DNA of 32,000 nt, from the NCBI GenBank assembly GCA_934162205.1, contig CAKPIA010000004.1:61466-93465 (forward strand), written 5' to 3'. This DNA is from an uncultured Clostridia bacterium. GTDB taxonomy: Bacteria; Bacillota; Clostridia; TANB77; CAG-508. Both the position numbers and the translations under genes were made by a program. The notes under the pieces were generated by a model, which searched no databases, was not told the origin of the DNA, and worked only from the letters and a program-made list of their open reading frames with translations. Positions 17,376-26,760 of this stretch are shown in pieces (the stretch's first letter is position 1; the number at the start of each line of letters is the position of its first letter).

Positions 17376-18380
17376 ATGTCTAATCAAATTTTAAATAATT
17401 TATTAAAAGAATATGATAAAAAAAGAATTAAAGCAGAATTGGATTTAGAAGAACGAAAAGAGTCTTTATATTCTTCTATTCCAAGGTTAAAACAAATAGA
17501 AGATGAATTAAATAACTATGCAATAAATACAGCCAAAGAATTATTACTTAATAATAATTCATCTCTAGAAAATTTGCACAATAAAATTGAAGATTTAAAA
17601 AATGAAAAAAATGAAATTTTATTAAAAAATAATTTACCATTAAATTATTTAAAACCTATATATGAATGTAATATCTGCAATGATACTGGTTATGTTTTAA
17701 AAAATAATTATAAAACAGAATTATGCAACTGTTTAAAACAAAAATTATTAAATATATCATATAACAAATCTAATATGTCAAATTTAGATAAAGAAAATTT
17801 TAATACCTTTAATGAAGATTTATTTTCAGATGAAGTTGATATTTCAAAATATAAATTAAATATATCTCCTAGAAGAAATATAATAAATATAAAAGAAAAA
17901 TGTATAGAATTTGTTGAAAACTTTTCAAATTTAGAACAAAAAAATTTATTATTTACAGGTAATACTGGTTTAGGAAAAACATTTATGACAAATTGTATAG
18001 CAAATGAATTATTAAAAAAAGGAAAAACCGTATTATATCAAACTGCACCTGTATTATTAGATACAATAATTGATAATAAATTAAACAAACAAAGAGACGA
18101 AGAATTTTATAAAAATGTTTTAGAAGTTGACTTATTAATAATTGATGATTTAGGTACAGAATGTATGAATAGTATGAAACTAAGTGAGTTATTTACTATA
18201 ATAAATACCAGATTACTTAATTTAAACTCTAGATCAACCAAAACTATAATATCTACAAATTTAAATTTAAATAATATTTTTTCAAATTATGAAGAAAGAA
18301 TAGGATCAAGAATCGCTGGATTTTATGACATTTATTATTTTTTCGGTGATGATCTTAGATTTAAAAAAATAAAAAGTTAA
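17376..18380 (+). CDS. DnaI/DnaC-type AAA+ helicase loader
   Basis: The start was moved to the ATG at 17376, which follows AAGGAG. Cys cluster CNICNDTGY...CNC, Walker A GNTGLGKTF, Walker B LLIIDDLG. Confidence 0.8.
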   Translation: MSNQILNNLLKEYDKKRIKAELDLEERKESLYSSIPRLKQIEDELNNYAINTAKELLLNNNSSLENLHNKIEDLKNEKNEILLKNNLPLNYLKPIYECNICNDTGYVLKNNYKTELCNCLKQKLLNISYNKSNMSNLDKENFNTFNEDLFSDEVDISKYKLNISPRRNIINIKEKCIEFVENFSNLEQKNLLFTGNTGLGKTFMTNCIANELLKKGKTVLYQTAPVLLDTIIDNKLNKQRDEEFYKNVLEVDLLIIDDLGTECMNSMKLSELFTIINTRLLNLNSRSTKTIISTNLNLNNIFSNYEERIGSRIAGFYDIYYFFGDDLRFKKIKS

Positions 18381-18406
18381 AGATCTAAAAATCTTTAACT
18401 TTTTTA
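18375..18406. terminator. bidirectional terminator between dnaI-like and gyrA
   Basis: 10-bp arms agttaaagat / atctttaact with loop ctaaaa, flanked by an A-run and a T-run. Confidence 0.6.
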
Positions 18407-18409
18407 TTT

Positions 18410-20860
18410 TTATTCTACAAAATTAGCATCCATATCTGGAGTTAATGTTTCTATACTAACAACTTTTCCTCCATCATTTGTTCTCATTAATGTAACACCT
18501 TGTGTTGATCTTCCAAGAACACTTACATCTTTAACTTTTAATCTAATAATAGTTCCTGTATCTGTAATTAACATTACATCATCTTCTTCAGTTGCAATTC
18601 TTATTCCTACTAAGCATCCTGTCTTTGGAGTAATTTTATAAGTAATTACACCCTTTCCACCTCTATTTTGAACTCTATATTCATCTAATTCTGTTCTTTT
18701 TCCGAATCCATTTTCAGTTATAGCAAGTAATGTAGCTTGTCCACCAGAAATTACAGATTCCATACCAATTACAGCATCATCTTCATCTATTCTAATTCCT
18801 ATAACTCCTTGTGAAACTCTACCCATTGGTCTTACATCTTTTTCATCAAATGTAATACACATACCATTTTTTGTTACTAAAACTACATTATCTTCTCCAT
18901 CTGTTAATCTTACAGATATAAGTTCATCATCTTCTTTTAATGCAATTCCTTGTAATCCTGTTTTTCTTGCTGAATTATATTCTACTAATGCTGTCTTCTT
19001 TATTAATCCATTTTTTGTTGCCATCAATAAATATTTTCCTTCAGCAAAGTTTTGAATTGGTATTACAGCAGAAACTTTTTCTCCAGCATCTAAACTTAAT
19101 AAGTTTACAATTGCTGTTCCTTTAGCAGTTCTACCTGCTTCTGGTATTTCATATCCTCTTAATCTATAAAGTTTTCCTTTATTTGTAAAGAATAATACTG
19201 TATCATGAGTTGAAGCTGTAAATATTTGTTTAACAAAGTCTTCTTCTCTAGTTGCAATACCTGTTATACCTTTTCCGCCTCTCTTTTGGCTTCTGTATGT
19301 ATCAATTGGCATTCTTTTAATGTATCCAAAATGTGTTAATGTTACAACATTTTGTTCTTCTTTTATTAAGTCTTCTATATTAATTTCACCTTCGGCAGCA
19401 ACAATTTTTGTTTTTCTTTCATCACCAAATTTATCTCTTATTTTTATAAGTTCTTCTTTTATAATGTCAAAAACTAATTTTTCACTGCTTAAAACTTCTC
19501 TTAAATATGCAATTAATTTCATTAATTCGTTATATTCTTCTTCTATTTTTTCTCTTTGCAATCCTGATAATGTTTTCAATCTCATATCCAAAATAGCTTG
19601 AGCTTGTATATCTGTTAATTTAAATCTTTCCATTAATTTTTCTTTAGGGTCATCATAAGAAGAACGAATAATATTTATTACTTCATCAATATTATCTAAT
19701 GCTATTTTTAATCCTTCTAATATATGAGCTCTTGCTAATGCTTTATCTAAGTCAAATTGTGTTCTACGTAAAATTACAGTTTTTCTATGATCTATATAGC
19801 AATCTAAACATTGTCTTAATGTTAATATTTTAGGTTCTCCATTTACTAAAGCTAACATTATAATTCCAAATGTATCTTGCATTTGTGTATGTTTATATAA
19901 TTGATTTAAAACAACTTGTGCATTTGTATCTCTTTTAAGTTCTATAACAATTCTAACTTTATCTTTTCTATCTGATTCATCACGAACTTCTGAAATTCCC
20001 TCAATTCTTTTTTCCCTAACTAATCTTGCTATATTTTCAATTAATTTTGCTTTATTAACTTGATATGGTAATGAAGAAACAATAATTCTTTGTTTATTAT
20101 TGCTCATTTCTTCAATTTCTGCTTCGGCTCTTACTGTTATTTTACCTCTACCTGTTGTATAAGCTTGTTTTATTCCCTCTATTCCTAATATAACACCTTC
20201 AGTTGGAAAATCAGGTCCTTTTATAACACTCATTAAATCTTCATCAGTTACTTCATCTTCATCTATTATTTTTATAATACCATTTATAACTTCTGTTAAG
20301 TTATGTGGTGGTATATTTGTTGCCATACCTACAGCAATTCCAGATGAACCATTTACTAATAAAGCTGGTATTTGTGCTGGTAATACTGTTGGTTCTTGTA
20401 ATCTATCATCATAGTTTGGCATAAAATCAACTGTATTTTTTTCAATATCTGTTAGCATATATTCAGAAATTTTAGACATTCTAGCTTCAGTATACCTCAT
20501 TGCAGCTGCTCCATCACCATCTATTGAACCAAAATTTCCGTGTCCATCAATTAGCATATATCTCATTGAAAAATCTTGTGCCATTCTAACCATTGCATCA
20601 TAAACAGAAGCATCACCATGTGGATGATATCTTCCCAAAACAGATCCAACTGTATTAGCACATTTTCTATATGGTTTATCAGATGTTATACCATCTTCAT
20701 GCATTGCATATAATATTCTTCTATGTACAGGTTTTAAACCATCTCTAACATCTGGTAAAGCACGAGAAACTATAACACTCATAGCATAATCAATGTATGC
20801 TGTTCTCATTTCCATCTCTATGTCTCTTTGTATAATATTCTCATCTTGTTGTCCTTCCAT
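18410..20860 (-). CDS. gyrA: DNA gyrase subunit A
   Basis: 816-aa ORF. The N-terminus ...AYIDYAMSVIVSRALPDVRDGLKPVHRRILYAM...RYHPHGDASVYD... is the canonical GyrA signature. Confidence 0.97.
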   Translation of the reverse strand: MEGQQDENIIQRDIEMEMRTAYIDYAMSVIVSRALPDVRDGLKPVHRRILYAMHEDGITSDKPYRKCANTVGSVLGRYHPHGDASVYDAMVRMAQDFSMRYMLIDGHGNFGSIDGDGAAAMRYTEARMSKISEYMLTDIEKNTVDFMPNYDDRLQEPTVLPAQIPALLVNGSSGIAVGMATNIPPHNLTEVINGIIKIIDEDEVTDEDLMSVIKGPDFPTEGVILGIEGIKQAYTTGRGKITVRAEAEIEEMSNNKQRIIVSSLPYQVNKAKLIENIARLVREKRIEGISEVRDESDRKDKVRIVIELKRDTNAQVVLNQLYKHTQMQDTFGIIMLALVNGEPKILTLRQCLDCYIDHRKTVILRRTQFDLDKALARAHILEGLKIALDNIDEVINIIRSSYDDPKEKLMERFKLTDIQAQAILDMRLKTLSGLQREKIEEEYNELMKLIAYLREVLSSEKLVFDIIKEELIKIRDKFGDERKTKIVAAEGEINIEDLIKEEQNVVTLTHFGYIKRMPIDTYRSQKRGGKGITGIATREEDFVKQIFTASTHDTVLFFTNKGKLYRLRGYEIPEAGRTAKGTAIVNLLSLDAGEKVSAVIPIQNFAEGKYLLMATKNGLIKKTALVEYNSARKTGLQGIALKEDDELISVRLTDGEDNVVLVTKNGMCITFDEKDVRPMGRVSQGVIGIRIDEDDAVIGMESVISGGQATLLAITENGFGKRTELDEYRVQNRGGKGVITYKITPKTGCLVGIRIATEEDDVMLITDTGTIIRLKVKDVSVLGRSTQGVTLMRTNDGGKVVSIETLTPDMDANFVE

Positions 20861-20895
20861 TTTTTTCCCTCTTTTCTATTTATTTCTACACTCGT

Positions 20896-20924
20896 ATTAT
20901 ACTAAAACAAATAAAAATTTGCAA
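20896..20924 (-). promoter_or_regulatory. dedicated gyrA promoter
   Basis: On the minus strand: TTGCAA (20924..20919), 17-nt spacer, TATAAT (20901..20896). Confidence 0.5.
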
Positions 20925-20972
20925 GAAAATTCAACAAAAAAGTTATTATTTCCGTAAAGTTTTAGAGTATTT

Positions 20973-21722
20973 TTACAGCTTTTCTACTAAAGATTTTTCT
21001 GCATCAGATAAATCAAATTTTTTTCCATTATTTTTTATTAAACTATGCATATTTTCAACCTTTCTAGCCTCTAATAAAGTTTTTTCTATAGGAACTAAAT
21101 TTTTTAATTCATTTTTCATGTTATTATAATATTTTTCCATATTATCAAAATCCTTTTTTTCATAAGACTCATTCCATTTATTTATATAATTTTCTACATT
21201 TTGTAAGGATTTAGTTTGATTATTAAATTCTTTTTCAATATTTTTTTCCACATTATCTAATATAATATTTTTTCCACTTTTTAAAATATTTGCAGTTTTA
21301 TATGATATAACTCCATTATTAACAGTCTTATTAATAGCAAAATTTAATATTGAATCTACTGAATCTATAATTCCTCCTTTTTTGACCGCATCTTGCATTT
21401 GTGATATATTTTCAAAATTTCCTGTAACAATACCAACAGCACTTTTTCCAAAATTAATAACATCATTAATAGATTTTGTCATTCCTTCTTTAAATCCATA
21501 ATTTAATAAGTTATCTTTTAAATTAATTACTTGATCTTCTAATAAATCTGGTAATAATGCTCTTAATCCAATATCAATTCCTGTATTTATTGTTTTCCAA
21601 AGAGATGATTGTAAAAATTCATTTTGATTATTTTCTTTTAATATATTATTCTCTAATTTTAAATTATTTGTATTTATAATTTCATTTTTATTTTCTATTA
21701 AATTTTCTTCTAATTCCTTCAT
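20973..21722 (-). CDS. hypothetical protein (249 aa), translationally coupled to the upstream ATPase gene
   Basis: The start overlaps the upstream stop as ATGA. The protein is Asn/Lys/Glu-rich and predicted helical. No family recognised. Confidence 0.55.
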   Translation of the reverse strand: MKELEENLIENKNEIINTNNLKLENNILKENNQNEFLQSSLWKTINTGIDIGLRALLPDLLEDQVINLKDNLLNYGFKEGMTKSINDVINFGKSAVGIVTGNFENISQMQDAVKKGGIIDSVDSILNFAINKTVNNGVISYKTANILKSGKNIILDNVEKNIEKEFNNQTKSLQNVENYINKWNESYEKKDFDNMEKYYNNMKNELKNLVPIEKTLLEARKVENMHSLIKNNGKKFDLSDAEKSLVEKL

Positions 21723-22942
21723 ATATTTATCCCGCCTCTTTCTAATTTTTTATAAATTTTAAAATATTCTTTTTTTATCTTTTTTAAATTAAAAAAAGCT
21801 TGTCCATTTAATAATAAATTATATTTATTATTAAATTTTATTTTTCCTATAAAATTAAATTCAAAAAATATTTTTTTAAGCAAATTTTCATCTATTGAAT
21901 ATTTATTATATTTATTAAATAAAATATTTATTTTTTCTTTTTCTATTAAATATCTATTAATATATCTTTCTAAAATTTTTTTACTTTTTGAAATTTCCAA
22001 CAAATTTGGTTGAGATAAAAAAATAATTTCATTCGAAATTTTTAATATTTCTTGTTCAATTTCATTGTCATTTTCAAAATAATTTTCTATATAAATCCTG
22101 TCATAATTTGCGTTAATTTTTTCAAATTTTTCTTTATTAAATTTTCCACTTTCTACAAAAATTTTTCCGTCTATTACATCTATTTTGCTACTTAAATTTT
22201 CATTTTTTTCTATAATATTTTTATCACTATATTCATTATTTCTTTTATTTAAAATAAAAAAAATATCATTATTTTTTTCATTAAAATTTATAACTAAATT
22301 TTTCTTACTTTTTTTTAATAATGTTTTAGTAAAAAGTGCTAAAACAATACTCTTTCCAGAATTATAATTTCCACAAAAAATTATTATTTTTTTGTCATTT
22401 TTTGTAGAATTTTTTTCATGTTTTTTCGTTATTTTTTTAGAAATTTCTATTATATTTTTTGTGATTTTTCCTTTATAAAATTTTATTATTTTTCTTTCAT
22501 TACTGTATTCTTTTTCATTAATTATTTTTTTTAATTTTTCTATTTCATTCTTTAATTCTTCATTACTTTCTATAGTTTCTTTTTCTATAATTTTTACTAA
22601 TTCATCAATTGTTATTTTATCATTATAATAAATATTTTTTATACCATAATCAAACAATGTATTTTTTAGTTCATCATTTTCCGTTTCTAAAATTATAAAA
22701 ATTTTTATATTATTCTTTTTAATTTTTAATAATAGTTCTATTAAACTTATTTCTCCAGGCAAATTTTCAGATAAAATTAATATATCTATATTTTTTTCTA
22801 ATTCTAAAATTTCTAAAATTCCTTCTTTATACTGAATATCATTTTTTAAAACTTTTATATTTTTACAATTTAATAATTTATCATTTAATATTGGATTGTT
22901 AATTGCTGTTATTACTTTTTTCAAATTCATTATCACCTTCAA
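21719..22942 (-). CDS. REC-like N-terminal domain fused to a ParA/MinD/CpaE-like P-loop ATPase
   Basis: The N-terminal ~120 aa have a receiver-like alternation (IDILILSENLPGEISLIELLLKIKK...IFIIL). The P-loop is IIIFCGNYNSGKS. The true start may be the TTG at 22924, 8 nt after GGTGA, rather than 22942. Confidence 0.5.
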   Translation of the reverse strand: MKVIMNLKKVITAINNPILNDKLLNCKNIKVLKNDIQYKEGILEILELEKNIDILILSENLPGEISLIELLLKIKKNNIKIFIILETENDELKNTLFDYGIKNIYYNDKITIDELVKIIEKETIESNEELKNEIEKLKKIINEKEYSNERKIIKFYKGKITKNIIEISKKITKKHEKNSTKNDKKIIIFCGNYNSGKSIVLALFTKTLLKKSKKNLVINFNEKNNDIFFILNKRNNEYSDKNIIEKNENLSSKIDVIDGKIFVESGKFNKEKFEKINANYDRIYIENYFENDNEIEQEILKISNEIIFLSQPNLLEISKSKKILERYINRYLIEKEKINILFNKYNKYSIDENLLKKIFFEFNFIGKIKFNNKYNLLLNGQAFFNLKKIKKEYFKIYKKLERGGINI

Positions 22943-23780
22943 TTATATTTTTTTCATATTCAGATCCATCAATTTTGGTTAAAATATGATCTTCTCCTAC
23001 AAACATTAAACACTCTCCTCTTTTTAAAGATTTTATTTCTATTTTTTCTTTATCAGAAATATTTACATTTTCAGATAAAATTTTAATATTATCTTCTTCA
23101 AGAGAAAAAAATGTTTTTATACTAGAATTGTTTAATATACTCCTTCCATATGTTCCTTCTTCTAAACTAAATAAATCCATAATATCTTGAGTTATTGCCA
23201 CACCACTTCCTCCATATTTTCTAATTGTCTTAAAAATTTTATATATAAATTGAGCAACATCTTTATTAGAAGTAACACCTATCAATCTCCATATTTCATC
23301 TAGATAAATTGCTTTTTTCATTTTTCTATTTATTTTTATCTTGTCCCAAAATAAATCTATAAATAGATACATTCCATATTTTAAATTTTCTTCCCCTAAT
23401 TCATATACATCAGCAATTATTAATTTATTTTCTAACTTAATATTTGTATGATTATTAAAAAATTTTAAAGACCCTTTTACAAAAGGTAATAATTTTACAG
23501 CAAACTTTTTTGTTTTCTCATCTTTATTTAAAGTATTATATAAATCCTCTAAAATAGGCATATAAGTAGTATCTTTAAAAACTCTCATAATATTTTTATT
23601 ATTATTTTCTATATATAAAGTATCATCATCAAAAGTTATTCCTTTTTCAAAATAAACTTCTATTAATTTTTCTTCAAGTATAGCTCTTTCTTCTTCATCT
23701 AATTTACCAAAAATTAAATGAAAAAATCCTATTAATTTTCCGAATTTTTGTTGCCAAATATCCATTATCATTGTCTTCAA
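22899..23780 (-). pseudogene. VirB4-like conjugation ATPase, C-terminal fragment
   Basis: Walker B-like KAIYLDEIWRL and the motif RKYGGSGVAITQD are present. Homology-consistent sequence starts at ...KLIGFFHLIFGKL, so the frame is entered by a +1 shift near 23740. Confidence 0.7.
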
Positions 23781-24741
23781 TACTTTCTTTTCTTATATCT
23801 AATATATTTATATAAGTATTAGATGACGGCCCAATTATTATTTTAGTTCCGTTTAATTTATCACATATATTTAAATATTCTCTTTCTGGATCAATAACAA
23901 ATTGTTCTATTCCTAATAATCTATATCTAATTAATAGTAATTTTATATAATAGGATTTTCCTGCACCACTAGTTCCAAATATACACATATTAGCATTTTT
24001 ATATTTTTCTGTATTATATCTATCTATAAAAACTAAAGAATTACTGTAAATATTTTTTCCAATGTAAATCCCATCTTCATCAAATAATGAAGATGAAATA
24101 AACGGATATGTTGAAACAAGTCCACTTGTTAATACATTTCTTCTTGATATATTTTTTACATCTTTTTTATTTTGCATTGTTGGTAAGCATGATAAAAATA
24201 ACTGTTCTTCTCTAAAATTTGCCCTTCTTGTTTGTAATCCTCTACTTTGTAAAATACCTTCTACATTATTTATTAAATGTTCTAAATCTTTAATGTTATC
24301 TGAATATATATTTATATAAATATATAAAAAATATAATTCTTCATTATTAATTTGCATTTCTCTTCTTATATATTTTGCATCATTATATGTAAAAGATGCT
24401 ATATCTATATCTTGTCTATTTTCATTTATATTTTTTAAATCAACGCCAACATTTCCTATATGATAAGTTAAATCTTTTATAGTTTTATATGTATCTTGTT
24501 TTTCATAAAAAATTGATATATTCATATTAATATTAGATTCAATTAAATTTTTTAATAATAATTCTGATTGCTCTCTATAATAATTTGTAATTAAAATTCC
24601 AGAATAATACATATTATCTATTTCTATATATCTTGGATTTTTTAAATTAATATATGATGGACAAATATAATCTTTATTTGTTAAAACACCCAAATAAAAA
24701 TTATTTTTTTCTTTTTTTAATTTTATTTTTTTATTTATTAT
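23704..24741 (-). pseudogene. VirB4-like conjugation ATPase, middle fragment (Walker A)
   Basis: ICPSYINLKNPRYIEIDNMYYSGILI... then NANMCIFGTSGAGKSYY. The frame is open back to 24753. GGAGG (24753..24749) is followed 7 nt later by ATA 24741; the first canonical start is the TTG at 24693. Confidence 0.7.
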
Positions 24742-25540
24742 ATTTTTACCTCCTTAATAAATTAAAAAATAAGTATCTAATTATTATTATTTTTTAATTT
24801 AAATTTTTTTATATTCTAAAAATATTTTTTAATTTTATTATTTTGTTTTTTTAATTTTTTAATATCTATTTTTTATTTTATATCTTAAATTAAAAATAAA
24901 AAATTATATAATATTTTATTATTATTTATAAAAATTTATTTTTATATTAATATTAAATTTTTAATCATTATAATTTTGATCCTTTAAAATGAATTTTAAG
25001 ACATTTTAAATTTAATGTAATTATTTTATCTTTCAAAAATATATTTATAATATGTCACTTAATTAGTTGTTATGTTTACTTGTTTTAGGAGAATATAATT
25101 ATAAAAAAGTTTTTATACATTTATTTGTTGATTTTATCAATTACTCTAGTCCGTTATATTTTAATGATATTTTATAAGCATTTTTTATTATATTCTTATT
25201 CCGACAAGCAATGTTATGTTTACAATATTTATTTTAGTTTCTATAATCATTTTGATATCCATTTTAAACCATATTAATTTTTAAAACTAAAAATCAAATT
25301 ATCTGTAACATATAGAATTAATAATATTATTTTTTCAAAAATATAATTAATTAATTTTATTTTTGAAAATTTTAATATTTTTTTTATTTTTATTATTTTA
25401 ATTATTATATTATTTATTATATTATTTATTAAATTTAATTTAATATTAAAATAAATTTAAATATAAATTTTATTTTTATTTTATAATTTTTTATTTAATA
25501 TAAAATATATTAAAAATTAAATATTTAATTTTATTTATAT

Positions 25541-25680
25541 ATTTTTATTTTTTTATAATTAATATTATATTTTTGTTATATATTTTTATTTTAAAATACC
25601 TTATTTTTTATTTTAATAATTTTAGATTTTTAATCTTATATAAAATATAAAATTTAACATTATATATATTTATAAAATTC
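25541..25680. repeat. dispersed direct repeat, copy A
   Basis: The 58-nt core 25541-25598 matches 26621-26677 except for one substitution and one 1-nt indel. A further identical 15-mer aatcttatataaaat lies at the same 1080-bp offset. Confidence 0.7.
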
Positions 25681-25880
25681 ATTTAAATAAATAAACATAA
25701 TATTTTATATATTACTTATATATTTCTTGGTAAATATTTTTTTTATTTTATTTACAAATTGTTTTTGCTTTTTATGTAAAATTGCAGTTTTGTATTCTAA
25801 TTTTACCGAAATTAATATATCTTCCTTGAATTTGATTTATGTAATTTTTATTTTAAATTATGTGATTTTATTTTTAGATA

Positions 25881-26438
25881 TTAATTATTTAAAAACTTTT
25901 TGGAATTTAAAAAAGAAAAAAATATATTTAAACACTCATCTTTGTTTGAACAATCATTAACAATATTACCACACCTATTTAATGCATCTTTAATTTTTAA
26001 ATATTTTTCATTTAAATTATTTATAATTAAATCTTTATTATTTATTTGATTTTTTTCTGGAATATAATTTATTATGATATAAAAATTTTTTGAAGAAGAA
26101 TTTTTTTGTAAATTTTTTTGTTTAATAAATTTTATATATTCTTCTGATATCTGAATTAAATTTTTATCATTTTTTATATTTAATTTTATTTTATTTATAT
26201 GATTATCTAAATTTTCTTTTTTACTTTGAATTAGAATTTGAAAATTAAAATTACATGTTTTTAAAAATGTTTTATAAGAATTTAAAATTGAATTTTTTTC
26301 TAAATCTGATTTGAGATTAAAATTAATTGGCTTAACCTTTATTATTTTAATAAATATATTTTCTTTAGTTTTTATAATACCATTTTCATAAATATTATTT
26401 ATTGGTAACCATTTTTGAATTGAATTTTTTTCTTTTAT
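25881..26438 (-). pseudogene. VirB4-like conjugation ATPase, N-terminal fragment (not in the ORF track because it has no ATG/GTG/TTG)
   Basis: I translated by hand a stop-free frame of 191 codons (26456..25884) in roughly 15 percent GC DNA. The sequence is ...KWLPINNIYENGIIKTKENIFIKIIKVKPINFNLKSDLEKNSILNSYKTFLKTCNFNFQILIQSKK...ALNRCGNIV..., the typical N-terminal pattern of Gram-positive VirB4/TraE. GGAGG (26451..26447) is followed 8 nt later by ATA 26438. Confidence 0.65.
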
Positions 26439-26459
26439 TTTTAATACCTCCTTTTTTTA

Positions 26460-26488
26460 ATTTTAATTTTTATTTATTAATATGTCAA
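26460..26488 (-). promoter_or_regulatory. promoter candidate directly upstream of the VirB4 N-fragment
   Basis: On the minus strand: TTGACA (26488..26483), 17-nt spacer, TAAAAT (26465..26460). Confidence 0.35.
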
Positions 26489-26620
26489 TATTTTTTTATA
26501 TACAATTTTCGACAATATTTTTATTATGATTTAAAAAATATATTATTTATTTTTTTTTATTATTTAATTTATTTTTTATTATTTATTTATTTTTATATTC
26601 GTTTTATTTATATTTATTAT

Positions 26621-26760
26621 ATTTTTATTTTTTTATAACTAATATTATATTTTTGTTATATATTTTATTTTAAAATATATTGATCTTTATTTTTAATACA
26701 TTTAAATATTAAATCTTATATAAAATTTAATATTACACATATATATAATTTACATAATTA
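26621..26760. repeat. dispersed direct repeat, copy B
   Basis: See copy A. Both copies contain a perfect minus-strand TATAAT (26649..26644 here, 25569..25564 in copy A). Confidence 0.7.

Larger units (their letters stand above)
20973..26488 (-). mobile_element. conjugative-element remnant, block B (VirB4 in three pieces, REC/ParA-like ATPase, 249-aa protein), inserted between gyrB and gyrA
   Basis: These are co-directional T4SS-type genes interrupted by about 1.1 kb of A+T-only DNA. They occupy the position where gyrB and gyrA are normally adjacent. Confidence 0.55.

Noticed and set aside
25101-25277. 58-codon plus-strand frame in the VirB4 spacer, preceded by AGGAGA and an ATA at 8-nt spacing.
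   Set aside because: It was tempting given the other SD-plus-ATA cases. However, it is short, has a Tyr/Phe/Ile-rich composition expected by chance, and has no recognisable family. It is kept only as a note.
25727-25960. ORF-track ORF (77 aa, plus strand) in the AT-rich spacer.
   Set aside because: Its Phe/Ile/Leu/Tyr/Asn-rich composition is produced by T-runs. It has no SD. Its 3' end is antisense to the stop-free VirB4 N-fragment frame. No motif is present.
26402-26638. ORF-track ORF (78 aa, plus strand).
   Set aside because: It is antisense to the SD/start of the VirB4 N-fragment and to its promoter region. Its low-complexity F/Y/I/L composition is a typical AT-rich artefact.
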